A program made the translations under genes and the position numbers. Source: Candidatus Allobutyricicoccus pentlandensis (GTDB lineage: Bacteria; Bacillota; Clostridia; Oscillospirales; QAMX01). Taken from it: a stretch of 34,818 bases of DNA. Shown piece by piece: positions 9,635-18,341 of the stretch; within the stretch, counting starts at the first letter, position 1; every line of letters begins with the position of its first letter. The notes below the pieces were generated by a model. The model searched no databases. It saw only the letters and a list, made by a program, of their open reading frames with translations, and was not told the DNA's origin. Location of the stretch: assembly GCA_904398645.1 (NCBI GenBank), contig CAJFPH010000088.1, positions 1 through 34,818 of the forward strand, in the 5' to 3' direction.

Positions 9635-9665
9635 AAAGCTGCATACCAGGGGTATGCAGCTTTTT
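9635..9665 (+). terminator. Intrinsic terminator between convergent rnj and spoVFB
   Basis: AAAGCTGCATACC-AGG-GGTATGCAGCTTT followed by a T run. Confidence 0.85.
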
Positions 9666-9707
9666 CTTATGTAGCCGTTTATTTATTACATAAACCCCTG
9701 GGGGATT

Positions 9708-10283
9708 TCAGCTGATAATCGGTTCAAGCTGGCGTCCATTCAATGCCGCCTCAATTGTTTCCGGAATCAGCTCCATTTTTGCCACAATGGAACGTGGCTT
9801 TTTCACGGGATCGTCCTGCGTCATAGGGACAAAGTAGTACCCGCGCCGGTTTAAAAGCATGCCAATGTTCACCGCGTTTCCGGCCAGCGCGTCGTTTGAC
9901 GAAACGGCAAGCACAACCGGCCGCTCATTACGCAGATGTGCCTTTGCCGCCAGAGTGACGGAGCTGTCTGCAATCCCGGATGCAAGTTTTCCGATTGTAT
10001 TCCCCGTACAGGGCGCAATTACAAGTACATCAAGCATTTTTTTTGGTCCAATTGGCTCCGCATCGTGAATGGTCTTAATGACGGGACGCCCACATGCGCG
10101 CACCAAACGTGCTTCAAATTCTTCCGCACGCCCAAAACGTGTATCCGTCGCAGCGGACACTTCGCTCATGATGGGATAGACGTCCATTCCTGCGCCGGTC
10201 ATACTCTCCAGCACCGTAATCACTCTTTCAAATGTACAAAATGAACCGCATAGGGCAAACCCAATGCGCGCCTCAGTAATCAT
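9708..10283 (-). CDS. spoVFB: Dipicolinate synthase subunit B
   Basis: Start at ATG 10283 (ATGA overlap with spoVFA); 'IGFALCGSFCT', 'TDTRFG', 'AEPIGPK', 'APCTGNT', 'AAKAHLRNERPVV', 'QDDPVKKP'. Confidence 0.95.
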   Translation of the reverse strand: MITEARIGFALCGSFCTFERVITVLESMTGAGMDVYPIMSEVSAATDTRFGRAEEFEARLVRACGRPVIKTIHDAEPIGPKKMLDVLVIAPCTGNTIGKLASGIADSSVTLAAKAHLRNERPVVLAVSSNDALAGNAVNIGMLLNRRGYYFVPMTQDDPVKKPRSIVAKMELIPETIEAALNGRQLEPIIS

Positions 10284-11098
10284 TTGCTTTCCTCCATGAT
10301 ATGATAAAGGCTGTCGCGTACATATATGGCAGCGGAACGGGGTGCACATTTCGCAGGCAGCGACAGGGCCCACTCAACGCGGCGTCCCAGCATCCGCGCC
10401 GTATCGAAATCAACGCCGCCGGGTTTTGATGCAAGGTCAACGATCAATGTGTTGGAACGAACCTTTTGAAGCGCCGGCGCGCCAAATACGGGGAACGGAA
10501 CCGTATTGAAAATGATGTCGAACCGGTCCGCCACGCTTGCGACATCCGCAGTTTTTACTGCCGTATGGCCATCCGTTTGAATCCAGGTAATATCTTCCTG
10601 ACGCCTTGCGCTAACCGTAACCTGAGCACCCAGCAGCGCAAGTTTTCGTGCCAATAGTTTTCCAATTCTTCCATTACCAATGATCAGACAGCAAGCGCCC
10701 TGGATTGTAATATCCGTCTGTGTTATGGCTATGCCTATCGCGCCTTCCGCGGTCGCCAATGCATTTGCAATGGCGAAATCCTCACGAGTTGTGTAATCAT
10801 GAAGGGTTACGCCACGCATTTCCGACATACCATAAAGTGGTGCCGGTATACGCCCTCCTGCAACCACGCTGCCTGGCCTCATATGCAAAAAGAGTTCGGG
10901 CGCGGAAAAACCCGCTATCGTTCCATCATCCCGGCAAGCCGGGAGTGGAAGCACAATCAACTCCGCCTGTTCAACATAAGAGAGATCCCCGGCTTCGTGT
11001 ATCATATGAGTTCTATGACCATCTGCTGCAAGCACTTCTGCCAATAGATCCTGCCGGCGGTCTCCCCCCAGGACGGCAATGATAAAACCGTTATCCAT
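10280..11098 (-). CDS. spoVFA: Dipicolinate synthase subunit A
   Basis: 'LGGDRRQ', 'NALATAEGA', Rossmann 'GNGRIG', 'IFNTVP', 'DLASKPGGVDF', 'WALSLP'. Confidence 0.93.
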   Translation of the reverse strand: MDNGFIIAVLGGDRRQDLLAEVLAADGHRTHMIHEAGDLSYVEQAELIVLPLPACRDDGTIAGFSAPELFLHMRPGSVVAGGRIPAPLYGMSEMRGVTLHDYTTREDFAIANALATAEGAIGIAITQTDITIQGACCLIIGNGRIGKLLARKLALLGAQVTVSARRQEDITWIQTDGHTAVKTADVASVADRFDIIFNTVPFPVFGAPALQKVRSNTLIVDLASKPGGVDFDTARMLGRRVEWALSLPAKCAPRSAAIYVRDSLYHIMEESK

Positions 11099-11127
11099 TC
11101 ACTGATCCCCTCCCGATGCTATATCCC

Positions 11128-11155
11128 ATGATATGCATAAAGCCGGTTTTACGTT
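11128..11155 (-). promoter_or_regulatory. Sigma-K (late mother-cell) promoter of spoVFAB
   Basis: Minus strand AACG-N16-CATATCAT matches the sigma-K consensus mACm-N16-CATAnnnT; spoVF is sigma-K dependent in Bacillus subtilis. Confidence 0.7.
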
Positions 11156-11234
11156 CAAGGCGCCATTCCGAGCAGGATATATCATTTTTAGACGGGTTGC
11201 AAAAAATGCCGTCTGAGATCCGATCTTTTTGTAT

Positions 11235-11315
11235 TCAACGGACAGTTGAGTGTAAAATTATATAGTTGTGCAACTTTTAGTTGATGTATTTTATCGTCTT
11301 TCAACTTGCCGTTAA
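11235..11315. promoter_or_regulatory. Three palindromic operator-like sites, TCAAC-N5-GTTGA
   Basis: TCAACGGACAGTTGA (11235-11249), GCAACTTTTAGTTGA (11270-11284), TCAACTTGCCGTTAA (11301-11315). Confidence 0.65.
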
Positions 11316-11344
11316 TTGACAAAATCGGTCTATCATCGTACAAT
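11316..11344 (+). promoter_or_regulatory. Sigma-A promoter of the XRE fusion gene
   Basis: TTGACA-N17-TACAAT. Confidence 0.75.
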
Positions 11345-11490
11345 TTAGCTGTGATCACAAGTATTTCAAATTCTCGCTGTTGAGACGGGACGTGCATGAA
11401 ACAATTATAAATGCGCAAACCATCAGCCCGCTTCCGCAGTACGGACAAAATCACACCAACAGAACGTCTAAGAGTAAGGAGGAGCACAAT

Positions 11491-13005
11491 ATGTACGACT
11501 TATCAGGACTCGGCGCACGTATCCGTCAGCTTCGAATGCAAAAGGGCTTTACGCAGGAAAGTTTTGCAAAGGAACTTGGTATCTCCGCACAAGCCGTTTC
11601 CAAATGGGAAACCGGGGTTGGATGCCCGGATATCGGAACGCTTCCTCTCATTGCAAATGTGCTGGAAACAACGATTGATTCTCTTTTCAGCGAGGATGTC
11701 TCCATACCCGATATCACATCGGCTCCTATACCGGCTACGGAACCAGTTCCGGGGGAAGTCATTCCGGTTTATCAGGAGGAGCCAGAATCCATTAAGCAGG
11801 AAGGCACTCGCGTTGTGTTTTCAAACGCTAACCTTGTATGCATTTCCAACATGACACCGGACACAATCGACGGACTGACCGTCCACTTTCCAGACGGCAG
11901 CAGCGCCGATTTAAAAACACGCACAATCGTCAACTACGGCGGCGGCATTATTCGGATTCAGGAAGCGCCGCAATCCCGTAACCTAGACGACGCGGACCTT
12001 GCTGCTGCACTCGAGGAGACGATTTCAAGGCAGGTAACAGATACCCTGCAAGAATACGGAGCTACAGGAAACTTTGAAAATCTCGGTGCAATTATCTCCG
12101 AACATGTCAAACGCGCCATCAAAGCAAAAGATTATGCCGGATCTTTCGAAAAGTCTGTGAGCAGAACGGGGGAGCTGGTCTGGAATGGTACCGATATTGA
12201 CTCTCTCGATGTTCTGGCTTCCGGCAGTGTGAACGTAACTGTACACAGCGGAACAAATGGACAGTGGAGCGTAATCGCACGCGGACAGCGCGAATTTCTG
12301 AACAGCCTGCGTTGTATTGAAGACGGCAACGTTTTGAAGATTGAAACGCTGCCTTATCATAGCACACGCAATATTCTGTTTGGCGGTGTCAAAAACACCA
12401 TTGAGATCTGCACCGGGTTTACGCAGGGCGTGGATCTTGACGTAAAAGTGAAGGGGTCCGGTGATTTTACTTGCGAACCAGGCTTTCAGTCCAGCCGTGT
12501 TTCCGTCAGTGGCTCCGGAGATATCGACTTGACAGATGCCGGAAGTCTTACATGTACGGTCAGCGGTTCCGGAGATATCACGTTCATTTCCGCAAAAAAC
12601 GCCAATTTGACCGTCTCCGGTTCGGGCGATATTCATGCGGGACAGCTTGAAGGCATCAGCGAAGTAAGAATCAATGGCTCCGGCGATGCCGATCTCAGTA
12701 CTGTGAGCGGAGAACTCTGCTGCCGTGTCGGCGGTTCCGGGGATATTGATATTGGAAGTATGGATTTAAAAAATCTCTCTGTCTCTGTTTCCGGCTCCGG
12801 CGACGTCTCCGTCTCAGACGGCAAAGCAGAGCGTCTGGAGCTAAACCTTCACGGTTCCAGTGAATTTGACGGAAAGAATATCACGGCCGGGGAACTTGTG
12901 GCGGACTTAAACGGACCGTCGGAGGCAACGATCGGCCACCTGCTTGGCAAATCGGTCGAGAGGATCAGCCGCACTTCTTCTCTGCGCATTCTAAACCGCG
13001 GATAA
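11491..13005 (+). CDS. XRE-family HTH protein fused to a GSGD beta-repeat (DUF2807/GIN/toast-rack-like) domain
   Basis: ATG 11491 after AAGGAGGAG; N-terminal 'LGARIRQLR..TQESFAKELGISAQAVSKWETG..PD'; C-terminal has seven xGSGD repeats plus degenerate copies; no TM segment or signal peptide. Confidence 0.8.
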   Translation: MYDLSGLGARIRQLRMQKGFTQESFAKELGISAQAVSKWETGVGCPDIGTLPLIANVLETTIDSLFSEDVSIPDITSAPIPATEPVPGEVIPVYQEEPESIKQEGTRVVFSNANLVCISNMTPDTIDGLTVHFPDGSSADLKTRTIVNYGGGIIRIQEAPQSRNLDDADLAAALEETISRQVTDTLQEYGATGNFENLGAIISEHVKRAIKAKDYAGSFEKSVSRTGELVWNGTDIDSLDVLASGSVNVTVHSGTNGQWSVIARGQREFLNSLRCIEDGNVLKIETLPYHSTRNILFGGVKNTIEICTGFTQGVDLDVKVKGSGDFTCEPGFQSSRVSVSGSGDIDLTDAGSLTCTVSGSGDITFISAKNANLTVSGSGDIHAGQLEGISEVRINGSGDADLSTVSGELCCRVGGSGDIDIGSMDLKNLSVSVSGSGDVSVSDGKAERLELNLHGSSEFDGKNITAGELVADLNGPSEATIGHLLGKSVERISRTSSLRILNRG

Positions 13006-13048
13006 TATGGACTGAGAGTCAGTTCGTATGTTATCGTCAAAAAGCAAA

Positions 13049-13089
13049 GTTAAAGAAACCGGGCGCCAGAGGCGCCCGGTTTCTTTAAC
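13049..13089. terminator. Bidirectional intrinsic terminator
   Basis: Perfect 19-bp inverted repeat GTTAAAGAAACCGGGCGCC-AGA-GGCGCCCGGTTTCTTTAAC between convergent genes. Confidence 0.9.
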
Positions 13090-13128
13090 AGATGATTCGG
13101 CTGCATTCAAAAGCATATTTACGAAAAA

Positions 13129-14052
13129 TTATGCAACAATATCCTGATTTGGTGAGTAGGGATTATGAAAACCGGCATAAAGTTCCGATTCCATAACCTC
13201 ACCGTTTATGAGAAACTGCACACGGTCAATATACGAGAGTTCACATAATGAATTGACAAACGCATAAATCTTCAGACTGTAACCCTCGCTGTTTTGAATT
13301 GCCAGATTCAAAAAGTCCTCGTTAAAGTTCAAATAACAGACACGGTTTAATATCTCCAACCCCAGAAATTCCGTCCCATCCGAAACGACATGGTTAATCT
13401 CCCCATTGCTCTGCCTGCCTTCCATCAAGACGGATACAATCGTCTCCGCAGGTTCTTCCGCATCGGAGAGCGTACAGGAAAATGAATCAGCCTCCAGTGT
13501 CCCGGTTTCCCGGTTTGGAAAATAAATCTGAAATACGTACTCGCGCAAGCGCATATAATCCGTCGTATCGACTAAATCTTCCGGTTTCAGTACAGACCGG
13601 CTTCCCTCACCGGCAACTGTGATGATAACGCCGCTGACTTCCCGGTCATTTACGCTGCCAAGTGCATACAGAGTCAACACCGTGCAATAGTCCGCCATTG
13701 TACGCGTAATACCCGACAAAGAGCCGTACTCCTCACTAAAGTCCACCGTGATAATGCCATTATCGGAAATCTCTATAGAACGCAGCGTTGTCCTCTTGGG
13801 AAAAACGCTGGTCATTGTCTCATCTTCGGGTTCTGTCATGGCAAGCTGTAAAACCAGACTGCATAACCGTTCGCCATCGGAAACGGCAATATTGCGTGTC
13901 AAAAATGCAAACACGTCCGTGTCAAGGCCACTCTCCGTGCAATACGCAATGCGAACTTCCATGAGTTCACTCTTTTCCGCGCAGCCGGACAAGCCGAGAA
14001 GCAGTACCGCCACACAGATCAACGCCGCAGCGAAACGGCGCAAATAACGCAT
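13129..14052 (-). CDS. Lipoprotein with two GerMN domains
   Basis: Lipobox LLGLSG-C; repeat 1 'SVFPKRTTLRSI..ITVDFSEEY..CTVLTL', repeat 2 'GTEFLGL..CYLNFNEDF..AFVNSLCEL..RVQFLING'. Confidence 0.8.
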   Translation of the reverse strand: MRYLRRFAAALICVAVLLLGLSGCAEKSELMEVRIAYCTESGLDTDVFAFLTRNIAVSDGERLCSLVLQLAMTEPEDETMTSVFPKRTTLRSIEISDNGIITVDFSEEYGSLSGITRTMADYCTVLTLYALGSVNDREVSGVIITVAGEGSRSVLKPEDLVDTTDYMRLREYVFQIYFPNRETGTLEADSFSCTLSDAEEPAETIVSVLMEGRQSNGEINHVVSDGTEFLGLEILNRVCYLNFNEDFLNLAIQNSEGYSLKIYAFVNSLCELSYIDRVQFLINGEVMESELYAGFHNPYSPNQDIVA

Positions 14053-14064
14053 CGTAAAATCCCC

Positions 14065-15489
14065 CTAAAAAAGCTGATAGTCCTCGGGCTTCATGGCCGG
14101 AACTGTCACTGTAAAACGGGCTCCGCCAGATTCCCGATTTTCTGCCCATACTTTGCCGCCATACTGTTCTACCGTTTTCTGCACAATGGAAAGTCCCAGC
14201 CCGGTTCCTCCGGTCTCACGGGAACGCGCTTTATCTACCCGGTAAAAACGTTCAAAAACATGCTCCAAATCACTTTCAGGAATGCCAATTCCCGTGTCGT
14301 CTACAATGCAATACACAAGCTCATCACGCGTATAAGTCAACACACGTACAGAGCCTCCCGGATGATTATATTTCAGTGCATTTTCCATCAGGTTAAAAAC
14401 GATCTGATAAATGCCGTCTTCCTCCGCCATAACCAGGCAATTATCCGCCGTCTCGCAAGAAATGGTAATCCTGTAGTGTTCAGCAAGCGGGGTCAGCATA
14501 CGGGCGGCACGCTGTACCACATACGAAACATTTACCGGCGCAAATTCCTGGTGGAGCTGCACGTCAAGCCGGGTCAAATTCAGTAACCGGTCTGTAATAC
14601 GCGTCAGACGTACAATTTCCTCGCTGATATCATGCAGAAAATCACGTACGTCGTCCACGCTCATGCCACGATTTTGCAAAATGGAATCTGTCAGCAGTTT
14701 GATTGATGCAAGAGGCGTTTTCAGTTCATGCGAAGCGTTTGACACAAACTGGCGGCGAAGAGTTTCCGTTTCCTCCAAACGGCCGGAGAGTTCATTAAAT
14801 TCATCTGCAATCTGGCTGATTTCATCATGTCCCTGAGAGGGGGCCCGATGGCTGTAATTTCCCTCGCGGACTTCCCCGATTGCCACAATCAGATTCCGGA
14901 TACGCCGCCGCAGCGCAGAAGAAAACAGAAAACTGACAACCAGCATAAAGACGGAAAGCAGGATTGTGATATACCGCAGGTATCTCTGCATGGAAAGCAG
15001 AAGCTCGCCCTGCTGGGCATCGTATTCATAGAAATACACCGCGCCAAAAATTTCACCGCGGTAAGTAATCGGAACCGCAGCGCTCGATTCGAACGCCCCG
15101 TCAATATATGTACATTTAAAAGCATCGTTTCCAGACAACGCCGAAATTAATTTGGGCATGACAAGAAAGCGCCCTACAAGGCTCGAATCTTCTGAGCTGT
15201 CGAAGAGCACTTCCCCCGCGGTATCCGTGACAAATACACGGCCCTCACCATAAATATCCAATAAAGACATTACCGCTGCAATCCGTTCGCTGTCCAAAGA
15301 CTGAAGTCCCGAAAGGCTGGACGAAACAATATTGGCCGTACGCAGCATATCTCCGCGTTTGGTCTCCACCATCAGTTCCTGCGCCGTCAAAAGCGGATAG
15401 GTATTGATCAATACCACAATTACTACCACTATTCCGGCAAACAGTGCCATCAGTTTAAAGCTTAAACTGTGAACGAACTCGGGCAGCAT
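14065..15489 (-). CDS. HAMP-domain sensor histidine kinase (HisKA)
   Basis: Two TM helices around an extracytoplasmic domain; HAMP 'DEISQIADEFN'; H-box 'ASHELKTPL'; N-box 'NLMENALKY'; 'DTGIGIP', 'FERFYRVDKARSR', 'GTGLGLSI'. Confidence 0.95.
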   Translation of the reverse strand: MLPEFVHSLSFKLMALFAGIVVVIVVLINTYPLLTAQELMVETKRGDMLRTANIVSSSLSGLQSLDSERIAAVMSLLDIYGEGRVFVTDTAGEVLFDSSEDSSLVGRFLVMPKLISALSGNDAFKCTYIDGAFESSAAVPITYRGEIFGAVYFYEYDAQQGELLLSMQRYLRYITILLSVFMLVVSFLFSSALRRRIRNLIVAIGEVREGNYSHRAPSQGHDEISQIADEFNELSGRLEETETLRRQFVSNASHELKTPLASIKLLTDSILQNRGMSVDDVRDFLHDISEEIVRLTRITDRLLNLTRLDVQLHQEFAPVNVSYVVQRAARMLTPLAEHYRITISCETADNCLVMAEEDGIYQIVFNLMENALKYNHPGGSVRVLTYTRDELVYCIVDDTGIGIPESDLEHVFERFYRVDKARSRETGGTGLGLSIVQKTVEQYGGKVWAENRESGGARFTVTVPAMKPEDYQLF

Positions 15490-15499
15490 TCCCTTACGG

Positions 15500-16180
15500 T
15501 CACTGTTTGAAATAATAACCTACGCCCCATTTCGTAAGGATATATTCAGGCTGTGCGGAATTGGCCTCAATTTTTTCCCTCAGATGCCGGATGTGGACAT
15601 CCACCGTACGGATATCCCCGGGAGAATCATACCCCCATACGGTACTGAGCAGTTTTTCCCGAGAATAGACACGTCCCGGGTTGCGCATAAACAGCTCCAG
15701 AAGATCAAACTCCTTCACGGTGAGCACCACCGGCCTGCCCTCCACGAACACGCTGCGTTCCAACGTATCCAGCTCAATGCCGCCGCGGGTGATACGGTAT
15801 GTGTTGTCATGCCGTTCGGCATTCCCGGAGCGTCGGAGAATCGCACGGATACGCGCCTTCAGCTCCATAATGTTAAATGGTTTTGTAATATAGTCATCCG
15901 CACCATACTCAAAGCCGATCAGCTTATCGTTATCGCCGGTTTTTGCCGTCAGCATGATAACAGGGACATTCGAAAACTCCCGAATGCGACGGCAGGCCTC
16001 CAGACCGTCGGCCTTCGGCAGCATGAGATCCAGCAAAACAATATCGTATTTGTTCTCATTGACCAGGCGAACTGCTTCCTCCCCATCGTAAGCAGTATCC
16101 ACCTCATACCCGTCGTTTTCCAGATTAAATTTAATACCCTTAACGAGCAATTTTTCGTCATCCACTACGAGTATTTTCAT
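15500..16180 (-). CDS. OmpR/PhoB-family response regulator (WalR-like)
   Basis: 'KILVVDDE', 'LLDLMLP', 'MLTAK', 'GADDYITKPF', winged helix 'RTVDVHIRHLREKIE', 'WGVGY'. Confidence 0.95.
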   Translation of the reverse strand: MKILVVDDEKLLVKGIKFNLENDGYEVDTAYDGEEAVRLVNENKYDIVLLDLMLPKADGLEACRRIREFSNVPVIMLTAKTGDNDKLIGFEYGADDYITKPFNIMELKARIRAILRRSGNAERHDNTYRITRGGIELDTLERSVFVEGRPVVLTVKEFDLLELFMRNPGRVYSREKLLSTVWGYDSPGDIRTVDVHIRHLREKIEANSAQPEYILTKWGVGYYFKQ

Positions 16181-16229
16181 ACAAGTGCTCCTTTCGGCGC
16201 CAACGGCACAGTATTTAAAGTAAATTCAT

Positions 16230-16258
16230 TTGACAAGCGGTACCGAATTGATTAAAAT
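16230..16258 (+). promoter_or_regulatory. Sigma-A promoter facing the DD-carboxypeptidase gene
   Basis: TTGACA-N17-TAAAAT. Confidence 0.6.
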
Positions 16259-16502
16259 GAAAGATACAGAAAGAGTGAGGGGTATCTTACCCTAATAGTA
16301 TACCTGCTTTTTACAAAAAAATTGCCTTTCAAAAAAGTTCCATCTCAAAACTCACTCAGCAGATCTATTTCGCTTTAGATCAGCACACTTATTTTTTCAT
16401 AAAATAATTTTCAAACTTCCCACTACGTAAAGTAGTATAACACATATTTTGATTCTTTCAAATATGTTTATGATAAATTCATCCAGAATGAAAGGAGTGT
16501 GC

Positions 16503-17834
16503 ATGAGAATACGCAGAATCCTAGCCGTGACAGTATCGCTGGCCTTCTTTTTTATTTTGAGTTTCAACTTCCGTACCTCTGCGGCGCGCGAAGATGAGCC
16601 GCTCATTCGGTCAAACGTTGCGATGCTCTATGAAGTTTCAAGTGGTGAAACCATTTATGAGAAAAACATCCGTCAAAAGGCCTATCCGGCCAGCACGACC
16701 AAAATCATGACAGCGCTTTTAGCGCTTGAAAATTGTGAAATGGACGAGCCTGTCACCGTGACACGAGCTGCATTAAATACCGTTTCTCCGGGTTCCAGCA
16801 TTGCGGGCTTGCAAAACGGCGAAGTGCTAACCATGTACGAAATGCTTGAATGTCTGCTCGTTGCCTCCGGAAACGATGCCGCCAGCGTCATTGCGGCGCA
16901 TATCGGCGGTACAGTCGATCAATTTGTAGAAATGATGAATGAGCGTTCGGACGAACTCGGCTGTACTGGCACGCATTATACAAATCCTTCCGGCCTTCAC
17001 GACGAAAATCATTACACAACTGCCGAGGATCTGCTGAAAGTCACAGTTGAAGCCATGAAATATCAGGAGTTTGTAGACATTGTCGGCAGTGCCCAGGTTA
17101 CCATACCTGCAACGAACAAGGTGGATCATCCGCGTTATTTCAACAACACCAACCAGCTGATCTCACAGGCCGTGACAAGCGAAAATTTATACAGCAAGGC
17201 GACCGGAATCAAAACCGGACACACAACGCCTGCTGGGTACTGTCTTGTTTCTTCCGCAGAAGATGAAGGCCTCACGTACATAGCGGTTGTACTGGGCGGC
17301 TACATTGATGAAACGACCGGACGAAATTACAGTTACGTCGATTCTATCAATCTGTTTCTCTGGGGATTTTCAGATTTTGGATATCGAACCATTGTCAGTT
17401 CCTCAGACCCAGTCAAGGAGATCGAAGTCAGCCTTGCCAGGGAAAAGGATTTTGTCGTCCTTCGCGCAGCGGAAGATGTGACTGCATTTTTACATGAAGA
17501 CGACGATGTTGATACCATTTTTACAAAATCTATTTCTGTTCAGGAAAATATCTCTGCCCCTATAGAAAGCGGCGATGTGTTAGGAGCCATGACAATTATG
17601 CGTGGCAATGAAGTGTATGCGCGCGTCGATCTTGTCGCCATGAATACAGTTGAGCGGTCCGAGGGGCTTTATTACTTTGAACAGCTTGGCACATTTTTTT
17701 CCAAACCTGGTGTTCGGGCAATTGTAGCTTTGTTGTTTGCGGCGCTGATTGTGTATATCGTATTTGTTATTCTTTATAACAAACGCCGCCGCAATATCAA
17801 TAAGCGGAAACGTCAACGCGGTCTGGATGACTAA
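16503..17834 (+). CDS. D-alanyl-D-alanine carboxypeptidase (peptidase S11, DacA-like) with C-terminal membrane anchor
   Basis: ATG 16503 after AAAGGAG; signal peptide; SxxK 'PASTTK', SxN 'SGNDAA', 'NPSGLH', KTG 'IKTGHT'; C-terminal TM plus basic tail. Confidence 0.92.
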   Translation: MRIRRILAVTVSLAFFFILSFNFRTSAAREDEPLIRSNVAMLYEVSSGETIYEKNIRQKAYPASTTKIMTALLALENCEMDEPVTVTRAALNTVSPGSSIAGLQNGEVLTMYEMLECLLVASGNDAASVIAAHIGGTVDQFVEMMNERSDELGCTGTHYTNPSGLHDENHYTTAEDLLKVTVEAMKYQEFVDIVGSAQVTIPATNKVDHPRYFNNTNQLISQAVTSENLYSKATGIKTGHTTPAGYCLVSSAEDEGLTYIAVVLGGYIDETTGRNYSYVDSINLFLWGFSDFGYRTIVSSSDPVKEIEVSLAREKDFVVLRAAEDVTAFLHEDDDVDTIFTKSISVQENISAPIESGDVLGAMTIMRGNEVYARVDLVAMNTVERSEGLYYFEQLGTFFSKPGVRAIVALLFAALIVYIVFVILYNKRRRNINKRKRQRGLDD

Positions 17835-17898
17835 ACGGTTTTTTACGGCATGGTTGTGGCTGTTTTCGTATCAGAAAGAACTTTTTGAGAAAAAACGC

Positions 17899-17927
17899 TT
17901 GCATGAAGTGCGTTATTATGTTATAAT
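17899..17927 (+). promoter_or_regulatory. Sigma-A promoter of secG
   Basis: TTGCAT-N17-TATAAT with extended TG. Confidence 0.75.
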
Positions 17928-17966
17928 AGATGACACTTATGTGAAACAGGTTGGGAGTGCTAATAC

Positions 17967-18206
17967 ATGGAAACATTAAATTTGATAATTAGTATTGTGC
18001 AGGTTATTTTGGCTGTTGCCGTTATTCTGCTTGTTCTTTTGCAGCAGGGAAAACGTGCCGGCCTCTCCGGCGCCATTTCCGGCGGTGCGGAAACCTTTTT
18101 TGGTAAGAATAAGGCCAGCTCTATGGATGCATTGCTCAGCCGTCTGACCATTATTCTCTCCATATTGCTTGTTATTTCAACTTTTGCACTAAATCTTGTA
18201 CGTTAA
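17967..18206 (+). CDS. secG: Preprotein translocase subunit SecG
   Basis: 79 aa, two TM helices, '[25 protein letters not shown]...LSRLT'. Confidence 0.95.
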   Translation: METLNLIISIVQVILAVAVILLVLLQQGKRAGLSGAISGGAETFFGKNKASSMDALLSRLTIILSILLVISTFALNLVR

Positions 18207-18231
18207 CGGTCATCTTTGTTATTTTACATGT

Positions 18232-18271
18232 AAACCTCCGCCTGTCTTGTATCAACAGGCGGAGGTTTTTT
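18232..18271 (+). terminator. Intrinsic terminator of secG
   Basis: AAACCTCCGCCTGT...ACAGGCGGAGGTTT followed by a T run. Confidence 0.85.
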
Positions 18272-18283
18272 GTTACAGGCAAC

Positions 18284-18317
18284 AAAAAGGCGCCGGAACT
18301 TTAAAAGTTCCGGCGCC
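18284..18317 (-). terminator. Intrinsic terminator of htpG
   Basis: GGCGCCGGAACTTT/AAAGTTCCGGCGCC stem preceded by AAAAA on + (a U-tract on the minus strand). Confidence 0.85.
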
Positions 18318-18341
18318 AGACGTCTCAGACAATCGTTCGCG

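Noticed and set aside
11380-11490. Longer N-termini given by the ORF track (also at 5012, 5211, 10373, 16449, 21266, 23844, 25370, 27376, 27998)
   Set aside because: Downstream ATGs have clear Shine-Dalgarno sequences and match the family N-termini.
12440-12930. Recurrent TCCGG-containing DNA motifs as a possible CRISPR or tandem repeat
   Set aside because: They encode the GSGD protein repeats and vary at synonymous positions; there are no identical direct repeats with spacers.
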